From Vulcanimicrobiota bacterium (GTDB lineage Bacteria > Vulcanimicrobiota > Vulcanimicrobiia > Vulcanimicrobiales > Vulcanimicrobiaceae), in the NCBI GenBank assembly GCA_963714015.1, contig OY970223.1, positions 256,001 to 320,000 on the forward strand: a stretch of DNA of 64,000 bases, written 5' to 3'. Each line of letters starts with the position of its first letter. Within the stretch, counting starts at the first letter, position 1. The translations under genes were made by a program, and so were the position numbers. Of this stretch, positions 63,010 to 64,000 are shown piece by piece. Below the pieces are notes generated by a model, which worked only from the letters and a program-made list of their open reading frames with translations, did no database searches and had not been told where the DNA came from.

Positions 63010-64000
63010 TTAACCGACAATTTGCGCACAGGGCGCGCAGAGTAGCGGATGCTTCGGGTTGCTGCCCAGCGGCAGGTATTTCCAGCAGCGCGCGCACTTC
63101 CCGCCGTCCGACGGCCGCAAATCCATCGCCGCATCGGTGCCCTTTACAATCTCGATTGCCGAAACGACCAGCGCTTCACGCACGTCTTCGGCATGCGGCT
63201 TGAAACGATCGTACAGCGGTTCGGGCAACGTCAGTGTTGCCTGCAATTCGTAGTCGCGTTTTCCTTCGCTTGCCGCGACGACCGAACGCCAGCGCTTCAA
63301 CTCGTTCCATGAGGTTTGGACGTCGCCGTCGACAGGCTTAGCTGCGCCGACTGTCAGATCGAAGACGCTTTCGCGGTCGCCGCGCAGCAGTTGCGGAAGA
63401 GATTGCCAGGCTTCTTCAGCGGTGAACGAGAGCACCGGCGCGAGCACCGTCAAGAATCTTTCGAGCACGTGCAGAACGGCGCTCTGCGCGCTGCGCCTGC
63501 CATCCGAATCAGCGGCGCTCGAATACAGCCGATCCTTGAGCGCATCGAGATAGAACCTCGAGAGATCGTCTCCATCGAAGCGGACGATCTCCAGATACGC
63601 GTCGTGCAGCCTGTAGTTGAACAGATGCTCGTAGACGCGCGCCGCCCACTGATCCGTGACGGAGCAGGCGAGCCGGTCGTACCAATTCATGCGCTCGAAC
63701 GGAATCGTTCGATGCGGCGTGAGATCGTCGACGTTGGCGAGCATGAATCGAACGCGATTACGGATGTTGCGGTAGACGCGGCTGACCTGTTCGACCACGT
63801 TGGGGCCGAAGCGCACGTCGTCGATGAACTCGACGGAAGCGGCCCACAGGCGCAAGACGTCGGCGCCCCATTTGGACATCGCGTCGTTCGCGTCGATGCC
63901 GGTACCGAGCGATTTGCTCATCGGCCGGCCATGCTCGTCGTTGACCCAGCCGTTTTTCAAAACGTGCTTGTACGGCGCCGTGCCTTTAACCGCCGTCGAC
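63010..64000 (-). CDS. ileS: Isoleucyl-tRNA ligase, C-terminal part (partial)
   Basis: PMSKSLG, GADVLRLWAAS, YLDALKDRLY, CARCW...LCAPC zinc finger. Confidence 0.95.
   Translation of the reverse strand, partial: STAVKGTAPYKHVLKNGWVNDEHGRPMSKSLGTGIDANDAMSKWGADVLRLWAASVEFIDDVRFGPNVVEQVSRVYRNIRNRVRFMLANVDDLTPHRTIPFERMNWYDRLACSVTDQWAARVYEHLFNYRLHDAYLEIVRFDGDDLSRFYLDALKDRLYSSAADSDGRRSAQSAVLHVLERFLTVLAPVLSFTAEEAWQSLPQLLRGDRESVFDLTVGAAKPVDGDVQTSWNELKRWRSVVAASEGKRDYELQATLTLPEPLYDRFKPHAEDVREALVVSAIEIVKGTDAAMDLRPSDGGKCARCWKYLPLGSNPKHPLLCAPCAQIVG

Noticed and set aside
1..64000. tRNA, rRNA, CRISPR array, transposase, integrase or defence genes
   Set aside because: None recognised by eye in the intergenic regions or ORF track.

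Overview
GC-rich bacterial chromosome segment. Gene content (DivIVA/SepF/YggS, WhiA-gap-pgk-tpiA-gpmI, Mfd-PrsA-YabN, an LptD-like outer-membrane protein, many secreted beta-propeller lipoproteins) suggests a diderm Terrabacteria member, probably Vulcanimicrobiota/Eremiobacterota; this is inferred, not tested. In order: a surface-glycan locus (GT4/GT2/GT-C, Wzx, MurJ, priming transferase, deoB); secreted and pilin-like genes; pdp and more GT-C genes; CIRCE-controlled hsp20; mfd/prsA/mazG; a glycolysis operon; a signalling island (LuxR, secreted repeat-peptide, HD-GYP, HTH-less MalT-like STAND-TPR, GAF-GGDEF-EAL); a flagellar remnant (flgF-flgG...flgJ-like-fliA) interrupted by small cargo modules; and housekeeping genes up to a partial ileS. 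Most notable: (1) a candidate peptide-signal/STAND-receptor/c-di-GMP system with a repeated GLSALP peptide at 43-49 kb; (2) about 16 of about 19 apparent frameshifts are +1 insertions in or beside AGCT, suggesting a methylation-linked long-read error and hence an AGCT methylome; (3) a perfect 56-bp duplication of the flgG 3' end flanking an integrase-less cargo; (4) a palindromic REP-like element inserted in frame in gpmI. All calls come from reading the sequence and motifs by eye; no database searches were run.
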